A DNA stretch of 64,000 nucleotides from Oikopleura dioica. Lineage: Eukaryota; Animalia; Chordata. Below the pieces are notes generated by a model that worked only from the letters and a program-made list of their open reading frames with translations, was not told the DNA's origin and made no database searches. The DNA is taken from assembly GCA_907165135.1 (NCBI GenBank), contig OU015568.1, forward strand, positions 2,356,001 through 2,420,000. The letters are read 5' to 3'. This document shows, in pieces, positions 23,962-37,200 of this stretch. Numbering within the stretch: the first letter of the stretch is position 1; every line of letters starts with the position of its first letter. A program made the translations under genes and the position numbers.

Positions 23962-25284
23962 TCAAGAATAATCCGAGATGCAAAAATGCTAATTCTAAAA
24001 ATTTCCAGAATTTATACATCATTTGCGGGCCGCAGATTACAACTCTTTTGCGGAGATGATTCGAATTTGGAACTCGAGAGTTAATCTTTATCTTACCGCT
24101 GAAAAAGCGCACCTGAGTGCCGAAAGATAACTCAACTTTCACGATTCCCTTTTGTGAAATGCTTCATTAGAAGCTCCATTTTCCAGCGTATATTATTTTT
24201 GATCTCATGGAAACAGTTGAAAAAGACGGCGAACTTGGCTTGGATGATGAAGGACGAAGTGTTGAGGATCTCTTCTTTTTGGAATCTTTCGAATTCTCAC
24301 AGCTACATAAATTATTAAAATAAGCAAAAAAATATAAACAAACCATTGTTTGAAAGAATTTGCTTCAAATTCTTTGTCGAAAACGAGTCCATTTGCCGAT
24401 TTCTTTCGCCGAAATAACTGCCAAAAGTTAAGGAAAAAAGGGTTACAAAACAAAATCTCATTTTTCTGTTCAAAAAGTTTCATGGTGATCTTTTATACCG
24501 CAAGTATAAATAATCAATTTAATCATATGTACGTATGTACTTTTATAAATAATAGCTTTGATTATGTAACATGATCAAAGATGAACTTTTTAGACTTTGA
24601 ACATAATGGATGTCTAAATTGACATTTCCTCGACAGAAGGGAAACTTATTATAACCAAAAAAAAGAAGAAGGCTTATTGAGAATACAGGATTCTGATTCA
24701 GAATTTCTGAATCCTGTACTAAAACTTTTAGTCTAAAAGTCTATCCATCTCGTTACTTTTGTCGCACTTTTTCGGTCTTTTTTTTTGCCAAATAAATCGC
24801 GACACTTTTTGACAATTTTTTCTGAAATCTGATTGGGCTAACGGCCGAAAGCGGCGATCTGACTGGTTAAAATTTTGACCGAAATTTTGATCAAAGTTGT
24901 CGAAATTTTTTCAATTTGTGGTCATCGAAGCTACGTATTTTTTAGCAAAATAAGGGAAGAAATCAATCCTGGCCAATAAATCTTTTGAATCAACTGAACC
25001 AAACTAACCCTAGACTGAATCCATCGCGACAGCAGCCCAAAACCGCGTCTGGTTTAAAAACGCTAAGCAGATTTCCTCGCTTTACAAGCCGTTCCTTTCG
25101 AGCCCTTTTCGGCCTCTAAGTACTTTTACTCGCGCTGTTTGCGCGATGGCGCTCGCGAGTCCCGGAGTTTTCACGATTCTTGCAATTCTAGCGCGCTCGA
25201 ACGATTTTTCTGACGAAGATTCTTTTCTGCCTAAGTTCGCAAAATCCATTTCTTATATTTTTTTTCAAATAACAAATCATCAAG

Positions 25285-28200
25285 ATGCGCCTTTTTTGGT
25301 TGCTCAACATCGCGTCAGGAGGTTTCTAGAGATCCATGATCAATAAGAGAGTTAGAACGAAGAACATGTAATGAAGAATTTTTAGGTTTTCTAAGAGATG
25401 ATGCAAAGAAAGAAGATGGGACAGGATGGTTAAGGGAGCTGCCGATTAATTTCGAGTGGACTGATCAGCAAGGTTAGTTTTCTTATTCGTTAAAATTGAT
25501 GATTTTAATTCATCTCGACCAAATGGCTCGAAATTGGTCATACGTGTCGTTCTGATTTGAGATCCCCTCGTTATAGAAAATAAGCAAAAGATTCCATCTT
25601 GGATTAATTATTAATAAGCTAAAGATTTAAATCTTTTAATGCATTCACTAATAATAGGAAACGTTTTTGTAGTTCTTGTTGGGTAACTCTGCTTCAATAA
25701 ATTCAAATGGTTATTTTTTATATCTATTTTCTATCAAAAATTAACTGAATAATAATGGCAGACATAAAAAACCCAAAGAAAAATTATGGTCCCTTAATTA
25801 TTTTTGCAAAAGAAGCTAATAAATAGGCAAAAAACTTAATACCAAAAAAAAAAGATCGTGTAAGTTAATTAATGAGCTTCCTTTCTGTAAATATCTGTAT
25901 CTTCCTTTATCTAAGAGATGAAGATCTAAACAATGTCACCAGAAAGATACGCACCCGGAATTCCAACAACGACTCACGTTGTAAACAAAACGTTAAGGGA
26001 GGAGTAGATAGAAGCTGTCAAAAGTCGATACTGTTTCTTTTCAGATTTTAGACAGCTCAGGGTTAACTAACCACGTTATTTTCTTACGGAAACTTGAGCG
26101 CCAATCCAGTCTTGTTTTTCTTCCTCGATTTTTCGCAGTTGAGAGCATTAATGATTCCAAGGAGAGAATCAAAATAACCATTTGAGGGGAAATTTTTAAA
26201 TCACCTTTTCCCTAGAATTTTCGCTATTCCTGAAAGGGCGTTTTCGAACACATGCTCATTTAGGTTCGACAAGTGTTGGCGACAGATTTTCACAGTATTT
26301 TTCAACCTCCGAATTATCATAAAGATGGCTTTTTCTTTTGTATTCTCGAGTTGGAAAAGATGTTTCTTTTTGCATAAATTATCTTTTTTTTCTCTAGTTA
26401 TTTTGGGCCAAGCGACTCAAATCGACCAAAAAACCGACGAAAAAGATCGAAATTCGCGACAATTTTTTCCTGAAAATTAATTGGCCTTTCAACCCGATGC
26501 GGACATCTGATTGGCCTATAATCTAAGATCTCAAAAACAGAAGAAAAAGTCGTAATTTGTCGATTTCAGCCACCCTTATTTCAACATACCAAAAAAGTAA
26601 ACCAAAAAAGGGTAAAGAAGAAATTTTGTCTAACTGTTTATTTAAACCTCACGATTTTCGGTCAGAAGCGTGTGACCGAAAACAAATACAATTTCCAAAA
26701 TTTTGAAAAAAATAAAATTTTGAAATTTTAAAGAAACGTGACCACTTTTCTCTTTTTGAAATTTAGTATTGCACTTATGGGAACGGGGTTGCTTATTTTC
26801 CATTCAATTATCACGAAAAGAGAGCAAACAGAAGTGTAAACAAGTATCCTAACAAGTTATTCCGCTAGTTAAAACACTTGTCCTCCTCTTGAGTTATTTA
26901 TTTAGTCGCATATTTGAAATGGAAGTACAACATCGTCATTCCTGGGAGAGCCAGAGCAATGGGCAGCCAATTCCCAGGCGAAAATGGATTCCCAGTCAAC
27001 CTTTGGCCCAGGTCTCCTTCTAAACCACTCACAGTCGTACCCGTCTTGGTAAGTCTTCAAGTCAAGTGTTCGCGCTTTTTATCGCGCGATGCTGATAGTC
27101 AAAAGTTTGGTATTTTTACTTTTGATAAGAAAAAAAAAAAAGAAGGATTTGCCACATCTTCTGAAATGTCGGGTTTTCGGCTCGAATCGACGAAAAACGC
27201 ATCAATTTTTTTTTTCGAAATTTGTCTTCTGAAATGTGATTGGCCGACTTGACGAGTGTCAAAATTTTATTGGTCAAAATTTTTTCCCAAATTTTGGTCA
27301 AAATTGTCGCATTTTTTGCCGATTCGAGCCACCTTCCCGAAAATCGGATTTGTTTGAGAATCATTATTATTCCTAATGGACGTTTGGGGTGATTATTTGA
27401 CTCAAATCATACAACTTTCACGTTTATTATGGTACAATCATTGTAAAAACGTGTTCAAATCGGTCAAACTATATTTATGATATTCACCCTAAAATATTTA
27501 CATGTACTGTTAGTTCCATTTAATTTTCAAACTCTCGCTCTTACAAAATTCCTAATCAATGTTATTCCCAAAAACGGGGAGTCTTTTCAAACACAAATTT
27601 CATCAATTAATTTTCCTTGTTTCAATATTTTTCCTTGAGTAATCAATTAGCCGATTAGAGACGACTCTACTAAAGGGTAGCACGTGAGGGAAGGGCTGCG
27701 AAAGGCAAAATACCGACAATCCGAGAATTGCCAAAAACCGCGGAGCTCGGAGCTCTTCCGAACCAGCTCTTCCGCAAATAACGCACTGTAAATAACTCAA
27801 AAATCGATATTTCCGGAATTTCTTTTGAAATAAAAATTGATGCAAGAAAAAAGGCCTTGAGGAAAATATAAGATCAAAAAAGATGAAAAAATTTTTTTTC
27901 GATTTCAAAATTTTTAGGTTTCTGAAAATTTCGACCGAGCAGTGATCGAAGAAGTCTACGACGTTCTAAATCGATTGACATCACAATCTGACTGCGTGGA
28001 ATTCCGATGGATTACGCACGCTGATTTGGGCGACTACTCAAATTGGATCTTTTTGAAGCCCGGATCCGATTGCCGAACGACAGTTGGTCTTCCCTCATTC
28101 GGCGATAGCTTCAGAGGCGGAGAAGTTGCACTGGAGCTCGGCCCGGATTGTCAACGAACACCCGCGGTTTTGAGAACTATGATGCTTCATGCTGTTGGTG

Positions 28201-31200
28201 CTACTCCTGTAAGTAATGGTCAATTTTGATTGGTTAATCGAGAAAATATCGGCTGCTTATTGGTCGAAAAAGAAACAGTAATTTTGAATGCCTCAACTTT
28301 CTAGAAGAAAAATTAAATTTTCTATTCAATTTATTAAAATCAAAAAGAAAATTCTCTCGGAATTACATCACGTCAATATTTGTAGGCGTGGTTAGGGTCC
28401 CTTCCCCTTCGCGGTTAATAAGTATCCGCGGTAAATAAAATAAACTCCGCTCGAAGGCTCTCATAACTCCAATTTTCGACCTGAAAAGCGTCTTTTTTTT
28501 TCAATTTTCAACCGCTTTTTAGGCAACGATTGGTGGCAGACGAGTTTCAACAATTGAACCAACAGCTTACAAGCTTTGTGCAAGCAATGGTCCTTACAGT
28601 ACTTGCCAAGGAGCGAGCTGCAGAAGCTTGGGAGGAAAAGGATGGGAGATCCTCAGATCGGCTGTCACTCATGAAGAGGCCTCGCGACGCTGCCAGGTAA
28701 GAAACGAAGGAGCAAGACCTTAATCCATCAAACTTGCGGTACGGACGACAAATTCGATGATTTAACTTTTCTTCAAGTAGGAAGTACTCTTACTCGTGTT
28801 TAACATGAGCTTCTAGAGCTTCCTCGTTCCGATCAAAAACCGCGGTCGACTTTTCAAACATTTTCATGACATTTTCAAAAAAAAAAACCAGTTTTTACTC
28901 GAAAGAAACAGTCTGTAGGTCCAAACTGAGGTGTAAAATTCAGGAGTTACTCACACAGTTTCTTTGGGTCAATTGAAATTTTAGGAACTGTTCGGTATGC
29001 AGCTGGCGACAATCCAGTCACCAGAAGAGCAGCGGGTCGTGAATTTTATGCTGCAAACTGACGACCAGGAATGGATAAAAAATTTTTAGCTGAATATTTC
29101 CATCGGGCACAACTAGGCGTCTAAAGGCTCTGATAAGAGGGGAGGTGACAAATGGATTTTCTAGAGACGAAAAAAAGACACAATAACTTCTAATGATCAT
29201 TTTTAATTTATATAATATCCGAATCACATGATTTCGACTGATATCCTCATCTAATTCTACATTCTCAACTTGTTCTTCTTCGTGAAATTGATAAGATACA
29301 TTCTATAATTTTCATTTCATAATGGTAACTTTCCTTGTCTTCATCCTCTTTAGAGCGCCTTTTAAAAAACTAAGTGCGATCTGAAAAAGCGTCGCCGCAA
29401 CACGTTGTCGTCATTGAAGTACCAAACTTCAGTAATCGTTCTCACTCGCTGACAATTTTTTCGTGCGCCGCTTATCAGCGCGCTCGGCGGGGGATCGAGG
29501 TGATCATTGAATTTTAAAAAGAAAAGAAAAGGGTTGAAATGTGTGGTTCCTGAGTTTATTTGACTTGGTGGATGTCTTCATCCACGAGTCAAATTTGTTC
29601 AAAAAAGAACATTTATTGAATGATTTTGGGAAAACGCTATTGCAGCAATTGACGAATAACGCAAAGGAGGATTGATGAAAACCAAGATTTTCGTCTAAAA
29701 TTAATTTTTAAGAGGATCTCTGACGCAACTTTTTTCTGTGAAAGTTTTCTTCTAAAAACTCTATTTACCTTCCGTGATAAGATAACACCGCAAGCGGATC
29801 GTTGCCGAAAATAATTTATACTTGCTTAGGAAAGAGTGCGAGACTCGAAAAACGAGCCCAGTAGCATCATATTTGAGAGTGATCTTGAATTCTAAATGAG
29901 GCCCCCTCGATCAATCCATGAAATGCAGAGGAGCGATTTAATTGCCCCGTGGAATTCGAAGATCACGTTGCTCATAGTACTGAAGTAACAGACAGTTGAT
30001 AACAAAAAATAATAGCTTGAAGATATTTTTTTATTCATGAAAAAGGGATTGGAACGAGCAAAATTTTGGACTGGCAATAAAGTGATTGGCAAAGACCTAG
30101 GTCAATGGCGCGGAAATTGGGCAAGTGGATTTCCCCAAAAGCACAGGAACTCGGCTCCGGTATACATGGTAAGTAGCGGTGGTAAAAAGGCTCGAAATTC
30201 AATTCACGACAGTTCAGCAAACTGCAAAAAAAGGAAGAAGTTTATAGATTCTTTCACTCTGTTTTTACAAGAAAACGAAGACCATAAAACGAGTAGAAAA
30301 CCTATCTCTATGTATTTCAAGTATCAAAGAACTATTTGAATAAGACTTTCCAAAAATACTAGCATTATTTGTAGGGCGCTATAGGAAAAGTTTCACTTAA
30401 TGTAATTTCTATTTTATCTTCTCATTAAAACCTCTCTTCCTTTGCTTATTTACTTTCTAGAGCTACTCAGCATCCGGCTGGGAATGGCGCAACGACATCA
30501 ACTCGGCTTCAAAACTTCCGGCCATTTGCGAAGCCTCGAGCTCATCTAAATCCTCCAAGTGTCTCAATAATCTTTGCTCTTCGAAAGCCTCTTGTGCTCA
30601 GAAAGGATCTGCTTATTCGTGTCGCTGTTTGGATGGCTACTTTGGAAATGGATTTCAGTGTAGTCCGACTAACTGCCCCGCTGGGACGGTCAGACATGGC
30701 GAAACTTGTGTTATGGGTGAGTAAAAACGCCTCTTCGTCGAAAATTGCAAAATATGCATAAGCGCTAGAAACCAAAAGCGCATAAAAGTGCCAGCGTCAG
30801 AGATTTAGGTTTTTCGCTTTTCAAAAGTTTTCAAAATACAACGTGCTTATCCTAAGCTGTTTTGTTTCAGTAAAAGAGCTTTCAACTTTTCCTTGCTGTC
30901 CCGAGGTTTTGAGGCGCTTCTATTTGGGAGACGAAAAGGGCGGAATAGTTAAAAAGAAAATTTAATTATTCGGCGCTTTATTTGCTTATTTACGCATTCA
31001 GTAGATCCAGGATCTGCCCTAGAATCAATGTCGAATTCAAAATTTCTGAAAAAATGAACTTTATTTTTTTCATTTTTTGAACTTTTTCTTTATTATTTTT
31101 TTCTCTGGTAGATTTTTTTATTTACAGTCTTGCGAAATGTGTGTAACTGTCAAACTCAAAATACTTATTTTTGAACCAACAGTCTGCCAGCCAAGGATTC

Positions 31201-34200
31201 TGGGCAATTATTTAACAACCGCATATTTGATGGTTCTTATCTTGCAGTTTAAGTTGTGATACAACATTTTCGATTCGAAAGTGAGCCGTGCTTTCAGACC
31301 CGTGCGACAGTTGTAAGCCCCGATTTGCTTGCGAAGCAGTTGATGCCGGCTCTGCTAGCGCTGATTGCGCATGTAAGCCTGGCTGGACCGGTAATGGACA
31401 GCTCTGCTTGCCTCAGAAGAAAACCACGACGACGAGAGCTGCATTGAAGCCAACAACGCTTCCGCCATTTAATCGCTTTGCGGCGAAGATTCTTCCTCAG
31501 CCATCGAGAAATGGAGCTGATCCTGGAATGAAGAAAAGCGGCGCCATGGCTGATTTGACCAGGAGATTAGAAGGAAAGGGTTTCATAAGCGCAGATTGCA
31601 TTTCATAACGAAAATTTCTTTTTTGAAAAATTCTCTTTTTCGTTCAAGAATCAAAAATTTCTTGATAGCGGAACAATGAAGACCATAATTTATGATAATT
31701 TCCACCAGTTCTAACTTCCTTGAACATTTTTCGGAGTCCGAAGGAAATGACTTCGGAAGTACGATCCAGCTAATCGCTTATTTTAAAGGACAAAAAATCT
31801 CGTGTCTAAAAAATGAAGCTTATGAGAATCTTCTTTAAAAGCATTAAAACAGGAGCAACTAGCGGTAAAATTCGGCCCTGCTCCTCAAAAGACCGCTGCG
31901 ACGACCGCTGCGCCAAGTACAGTTCGTCAGACCAATGCGTTCAAAAACCACGCCCTCCACAACAAAATACAAGCCAAAGTGTTCAGAGAAATCTCTTTCC
32001 AAGACTCCTTTTCTTCTTTTATTTTCATAAATAATTTTTTCTGAACATGAAAAAAGCCAAAGCCACAGCAACACCAAGTTACGTGCCAAGCTACCCGGAA
32101 ATTGACGCGACACCAAAACAGGCGCAAATTGACCTTGATGGGTTAAAACGTGAGATTGCCGAATTTGCGAAACTCGCGGCCGAGCAATCCGCCTCACAGG
32201 TCGAGACCAAGGTCAAATTTTCGCAAGACGAGATGAAGGAAGAAGTCGATCGAGTGGTTGAACTTGTTCGAGGTAAGAAAAATCAACGATTCTAGCCTTT
32301 ATTCGAAACGAGCGTCTGATTCGCCCAGCTCCCTTTTTTCGAAAAGCCGTAAAGAGGCACTTTGAATAATTTCTTCCGCCGTCCCCAGAACATAAACATT
32401 TGATGGAACCAGGGTCTCGAAAAAAACGTTGCCCGCCCGTGGTATTAGCGCCACCGCTCACTTTCGTCCACCGCGCTTTTGTTTTTCGCGCTAAAATACC
32501 ACCGCGGGCCCGTAGTAGCGCCACCCACGGACACACGTAGAATTCCACGCGAGCGGGTGGAAATAAAGTGCCCAGACTGGGCAGCCCAGTTTTAATTTTC
32601 GGCGCTCGCGGATAGGTCTCACCCTCGGCGAGCGCAGCTTACTTGAAGATTTAAATGTTTGATAATTAAATGAAAAACAATAACCTTTATAACATGGGCG
32701 ACCCTTTGTTACTCGATAAAACGCTGGCACTTTTGAGTTAGTTACTCAATAAAACGATGGCGCAGCAAAAAAAAATTTAATCGGTAAAACGATGGCACCC
32801 TTGTTAATCGAGGCGCGGCGCTCTCTTGCATGACGTCATCGAGAGGTCAAAAATGTAACAATATAGCCTTGTTAATGTGGGACTTTATTGATACGGCCTG
32901 GCTTAGTGGAGAACGCATCCGCTCAGTGATCGCTGGGCGCGAGTTCGATCCCACCCCGCTCTTTTTTTTCCCCTTGCGTGCGGTCCCCATGGTAGTTTTT
33001 ATTGTAAAAATTGCTACGTAATTCCACCACCAAATGTTCAAAACACCACCAAAATTATTTTTATTAAGTTCCGCCATCGCATTGGTCAGAAGAGATCTCC
33101 AGCAAGAGAGTCCTCGGATGACGTCATTCCAGAGAGCCCCGCGCCTCGATTAACAAGGGTGCCATCGTTTTATCGAGTAAATTTTTTTTCGCCGCGCCAT
33201 CGTTTTACGGATTAACAGAGGGCCGCCCGCCACAGTTTTATTGAGTAACTAGTTAAAAAGCGCCAGCGTTTTATCGAGTAACAAAGGGTCGCCCATGTTA
33301 CTTATAACACTGGGTAATATGAAAAAAAGGTCCCGGAAGTGGTAAGCTACCCGTTTGCTAAATATAAGCCGACTCACAGTCGAGGATTACTTTCAAAAAG
33401 AACCAAATACTAGGACTAACCGTCAAGCGACCTTATCAGTTAGTATTCATAATGTGTTAGTTTCATAATGATTGAGTGCACTTTGTTTTCCGATAGAAAC
33501 CCTATATTATATTAAGGCTATATATATTTCCATTTTATATAAAATACATAACTTTACTAATCCGTCTAATATCTGAACTCGACTAGTAGAGATATTCTTT
33601 TCTCGATTCATTAAATAGTGGCTTCTTAGTTCCCCACATTGGATCGGCAATCGGAACGAATTGTGTAGTGGTTCGTATCGCGCTCTGCGGGTCGCCGCTT
33701 GGCCTAACTCCCCTCTGGCGCAGGCCTTATTTAGCAAACCGAGCCACCGTTGTTTTTGAAAGTGTACCACGGGCGGGCCGTGGAACGGCGAAAGTGGGGG
33801 CGCTAATACCACGCGCGTACCACGCTTTTTTCGAACCCCTGGATGGAACTAAAAGTGTAATCTCCTTCGCTCTAAGAAAGCCGCTGCAAATCCAAAATCG
33901 CAAGGTTTTGCATTTTTGTTTCTTGCATCGTGGTTATTAGGTAAATTTTCGAGCAAATATTTTGTGAATACTTTCTGCCAAATTAACGGGTTCGAGTGGT
34001 GTATTTTTGTAGTGGAATGCGTCTCGGAGGAAAAATGCTAGGGTCATTACAATCATTAAATAAATGACACCCTTCTTCTATCAAGCCGAAACATAACTTC
34101 ATGTTGATGAGAAAACTAAGGCTGTTTGTCCTTATTCCTTATTGGAAATCCATCCTGAAATTTTTCCTAGTTTTTATCAGTCAATCTGAGGCTGAACGCG

Positions 34201-37200
34201 CGACCCTGACTGCCGAACTGGAGCGACTTCAAAAATACACCAACTACTTTGCCGAACGAATCGATAAAATCTCGGACGAAGTGTCCGTAGTTGACCAGGT
34301 AATGTTTCTTATTTGACAGTGAGTAGATACAGAGAAGATATTTTTTCGTTATTCTGGGCAGATATCGCCTATGGTGAGGCTTTCTAGAGTCCGACCGACC
34401 ATGTTTTCCGGGCCGCTGCAGGTGTTTCCAAGAATGTCTAGGTTTTCTTTCGTGTCCAAGAAGCCGAACTTGAAGTCTTTTATTTTGCATGTGCACTTTT
34501 GAGGGCTTCAAGAACTCAAATTACACGATTTTTGCCCCTTTTTATCATCTGAAAAGGAGAAATTTCAAAGCCCGTTTCCTGAATATTTGTTTTCGGAATT
34601 CTTAGATATCGCAATCTGTCCAAACCCTCAAACTTCGGCAAGCTTTGAATAGGGTTGTCGGTCAGGTCCAGTTTTGTCAAATACGCAAGATCACGAAATG
34701 CATCGGGCTCGATTCTTTGAATGTTGTTTTCTTGCAAAAGAATGCTATAAAAATCAGTGAATTTCCGGACCGAAAGAGAGTAGACTAACTTTTTGAGGTA
34801 TTCGGACGGAGAGAAAACGTTTTTAACCCAGTCGATTGAGTTGCCGACGAGGGAGAGGGTTTCGAGGTATTCAAGGGAGGAGATTTGGGTGGGAAGCTTT
34901 GTGAAATCGTTGTGATCTAAGATAAGGGAGTCCAGTCCCTCAAGGCCTAGAATGCAAAAGTTACTATGTTGAAACAAGCTTTTTTCTAACCAATGAAACC
35001 ATGCGGTTCGATGGCGTTTTCAGTCAAATTGTTGTAGCTCAAGTCCAACTTTCGAATCCGACAGTCTTTTTCGAAGTAGCCGAGCTTCCATTTTGTGATC
35101 TGATTGTGCTGCAGTTGAAGGTCGTACAGATGCTTTATTGGGCGAAAAACGGCCATAGGAATTTCAATGATGCTATTGTGGCTCAGATAAAGGTAGGAGA
35201 TGTTTTCTAGGTCTTCGAAACAGCCGGGCTAGAAATAAGTTGGGACTCGTTTTTACTATGTAAGCCTACCATTAGATATTTGATGTTGTTTTGGGACAGG
35301 TAGAGGTAGATAAGCTTCTTGAGCCCCCTGAAAGCGCCCTGCTTCACGAGCATAATTTGATTCAAATCCAAATGAAGACTTTCCAAATAATTCAAGCCAG
35401 CGAACTCGAGCTCTTCAAGGACTTCGAGCTTGTTTAGCCGCAAATCCAACAATTTCGTACCTAGTCGTTTAGATATTTATATTTGGATGAAATTTTACCG
35501 ATTCCGATCTCTGCTGGAATTTCTCGGTAATTGAGTGCGATGCAGTTCACGTGGTAGACATTGCTCGCGCAGGAACATCCCTCGGGGCAAGTGAACAGCT
35601 CGCTGATAAATTTTGCTGAAGTAAAAATTAATAACGCTGAAAAGTTTCTGTATTTTTCGAGAACCATATAAGATCAATTTAAAAAATGAATAATCATTTT
35701 CAATTTTAAGAAACAATGAAAATGATAACACAGATTTAATAAGTCTTTTCTTAATTCCAGATGATAAATACCATTTTAACTTGTTTAACTTTATTTTAAC
35801 TTGAAAGGTGACTAACCGACAAAAGGTTTTGGAGCCATCGTCGCAGGCGGTAGTGGGAGATAAATCATGGTTGTAGTCGTTGTCGGAATCGTTGTTCTCG
35901 TCGTGGTTGTAATTGTTGTCGTCGTTGCAGGGCTTGTTGTACTCGTCGTTGTTGTTATATCATCCGGGCTGCAAAACTCCTCCTGGTTGAGCTCGACGAT
36001 ATTCGCTCCAAAAAGCACCTCCGGGGAAAAGCAATTCGAAACGATCTTCATTCCATTTGGACCGTTTTTCACCCACTCGTTGAATTTTCGCAGCCCACAA
36101 TCGCAGACAAGCTCATTTCGATCAAAGCTAAGTTCGGTTTGGCCAAGGTTGAGGGCTTCGAAAGGCTCGAGGACTTTTATTTCGTTTCCGGAGAAGTCGG
36201 CGAGAGTGAGGCTTGGAGTTGGGATGAAGACTTTCGGGTGGATGGACTTGATGAGGTTGTTCGAGAGGTCGAGTTTTTCGAGATTTTGAAGACCTAGGAA
36301 AATGTTTACGGTAATGATGCAGGCAGTATACTGTATACTGTATACTGTATACTGTATACAGCAATAATAGTTTACTTCGAATATACTGTGGGTAGAAAAT
36401 ATCACTTAAATTTTAATATCGTGGTATTCTGATTTTTGCTCATGAATTTTACCTTCTAGACCTGACATTTCAACCGCTCCAATTTTATTCCCTTGAAGCG
36501 CTAGAACCACCAATTTCTCCAAATTTCTGATCGCAGCTGGAATTTCTGTCAGTAAATTTTCACTAAGATCCAAATTCTTCAGTTGCTTTGTTTCAGAAAA
36601 CGTATCTTTGTGAAGTTTTCTCAACTGGTTTCCATTCAATTCAAGTGTTTTCAGCTTTTCGAGCCCTTCGAGAATCTTTGGCGTGATTTTGTCCAGGAAG
36701 TTGTCGGACAAGGAGAGGGTGATGAGGGAGTGGAGCTCGACGAAGGCGAAGTTTTCGATCTTGTCGAGCTTGTTTTTTGATAGACTGAGGAGTTTTACGT
36801 CAAGCAAGCCGGAGAAGGTTTCTTTTTCGATACGCGTTAGGTGGTTTTCGTTCAGGAAGACGTTGTTGACCCCTCTTGTCTAAAAAATAAGTTGTTTTTG
36901 AAAAACCATAACTAATGAAAAAATTTTTCATATCGGGTTCATATAAATAAATTTTTCTTTGAAGTCCATGAAAAATTTAAATTATCTCTGTCTTCAAAAT
37001 TGGAGTCAATATTCTTATCTACCTTCATGTGCGACAAAAAATACCAACCTTATTGAAAGCATTGGGCTCAATTAAACTTATTGCGTTCTCTTGAAGCTGT
37101 AAAAAATTGAGCTTTGGCATCTCTGGGAAAACTGGTAGCTCCTCAATTTGATTGCTTCTTAGATCCAAGCGGACGACCTCGGAAAGCGACTTGTCCTCTA

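Larger units (their letters stand above)
32410..33841. mobile_element. Non-autonomous hAT element (1432 bp) in an intron
   Basis: Imperfect TIRs CAGGGTCTCGAAAAAAACGT / ACGCTTTTTTCGAACCCCTG and an 8-bp TSD GATGGAAC (32402-32409, 33842-33849). Confidence 0.88.

Noticed and set aside
24050-24483. Minus-strand ORFs with one hydrophobic stretch and a VICGP motif
   Set aside because: Frames do not join and the motif match is too short.
24684-24745. Short hairpins (TACAGGATTC...GAATCCTGTA; ACTTTTAG/CTAAAAGT) and related AT-rich segments near 24800, 26450 and 27230
   Set aside because: Probably old repeat debris; no TSD or clear boundaries.
32892-32961. A functional tRNA gene
   Set aside because: Acceptor, anticodon and T stems do not pair properly; kept only as a tRNA-like cassette.
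33655-33730. Second A-box-like motif (TGTGTAGTGGTT)
   Set aside because: No B box or terminator downstream.
35867-36364. Val-rich ORF 35867-36289 (+) and ORF 36128-36364 (-)
   Set aside because: The first is the antisense of the poly-Thr linker; the second starts in the TATACTG microsatellite.
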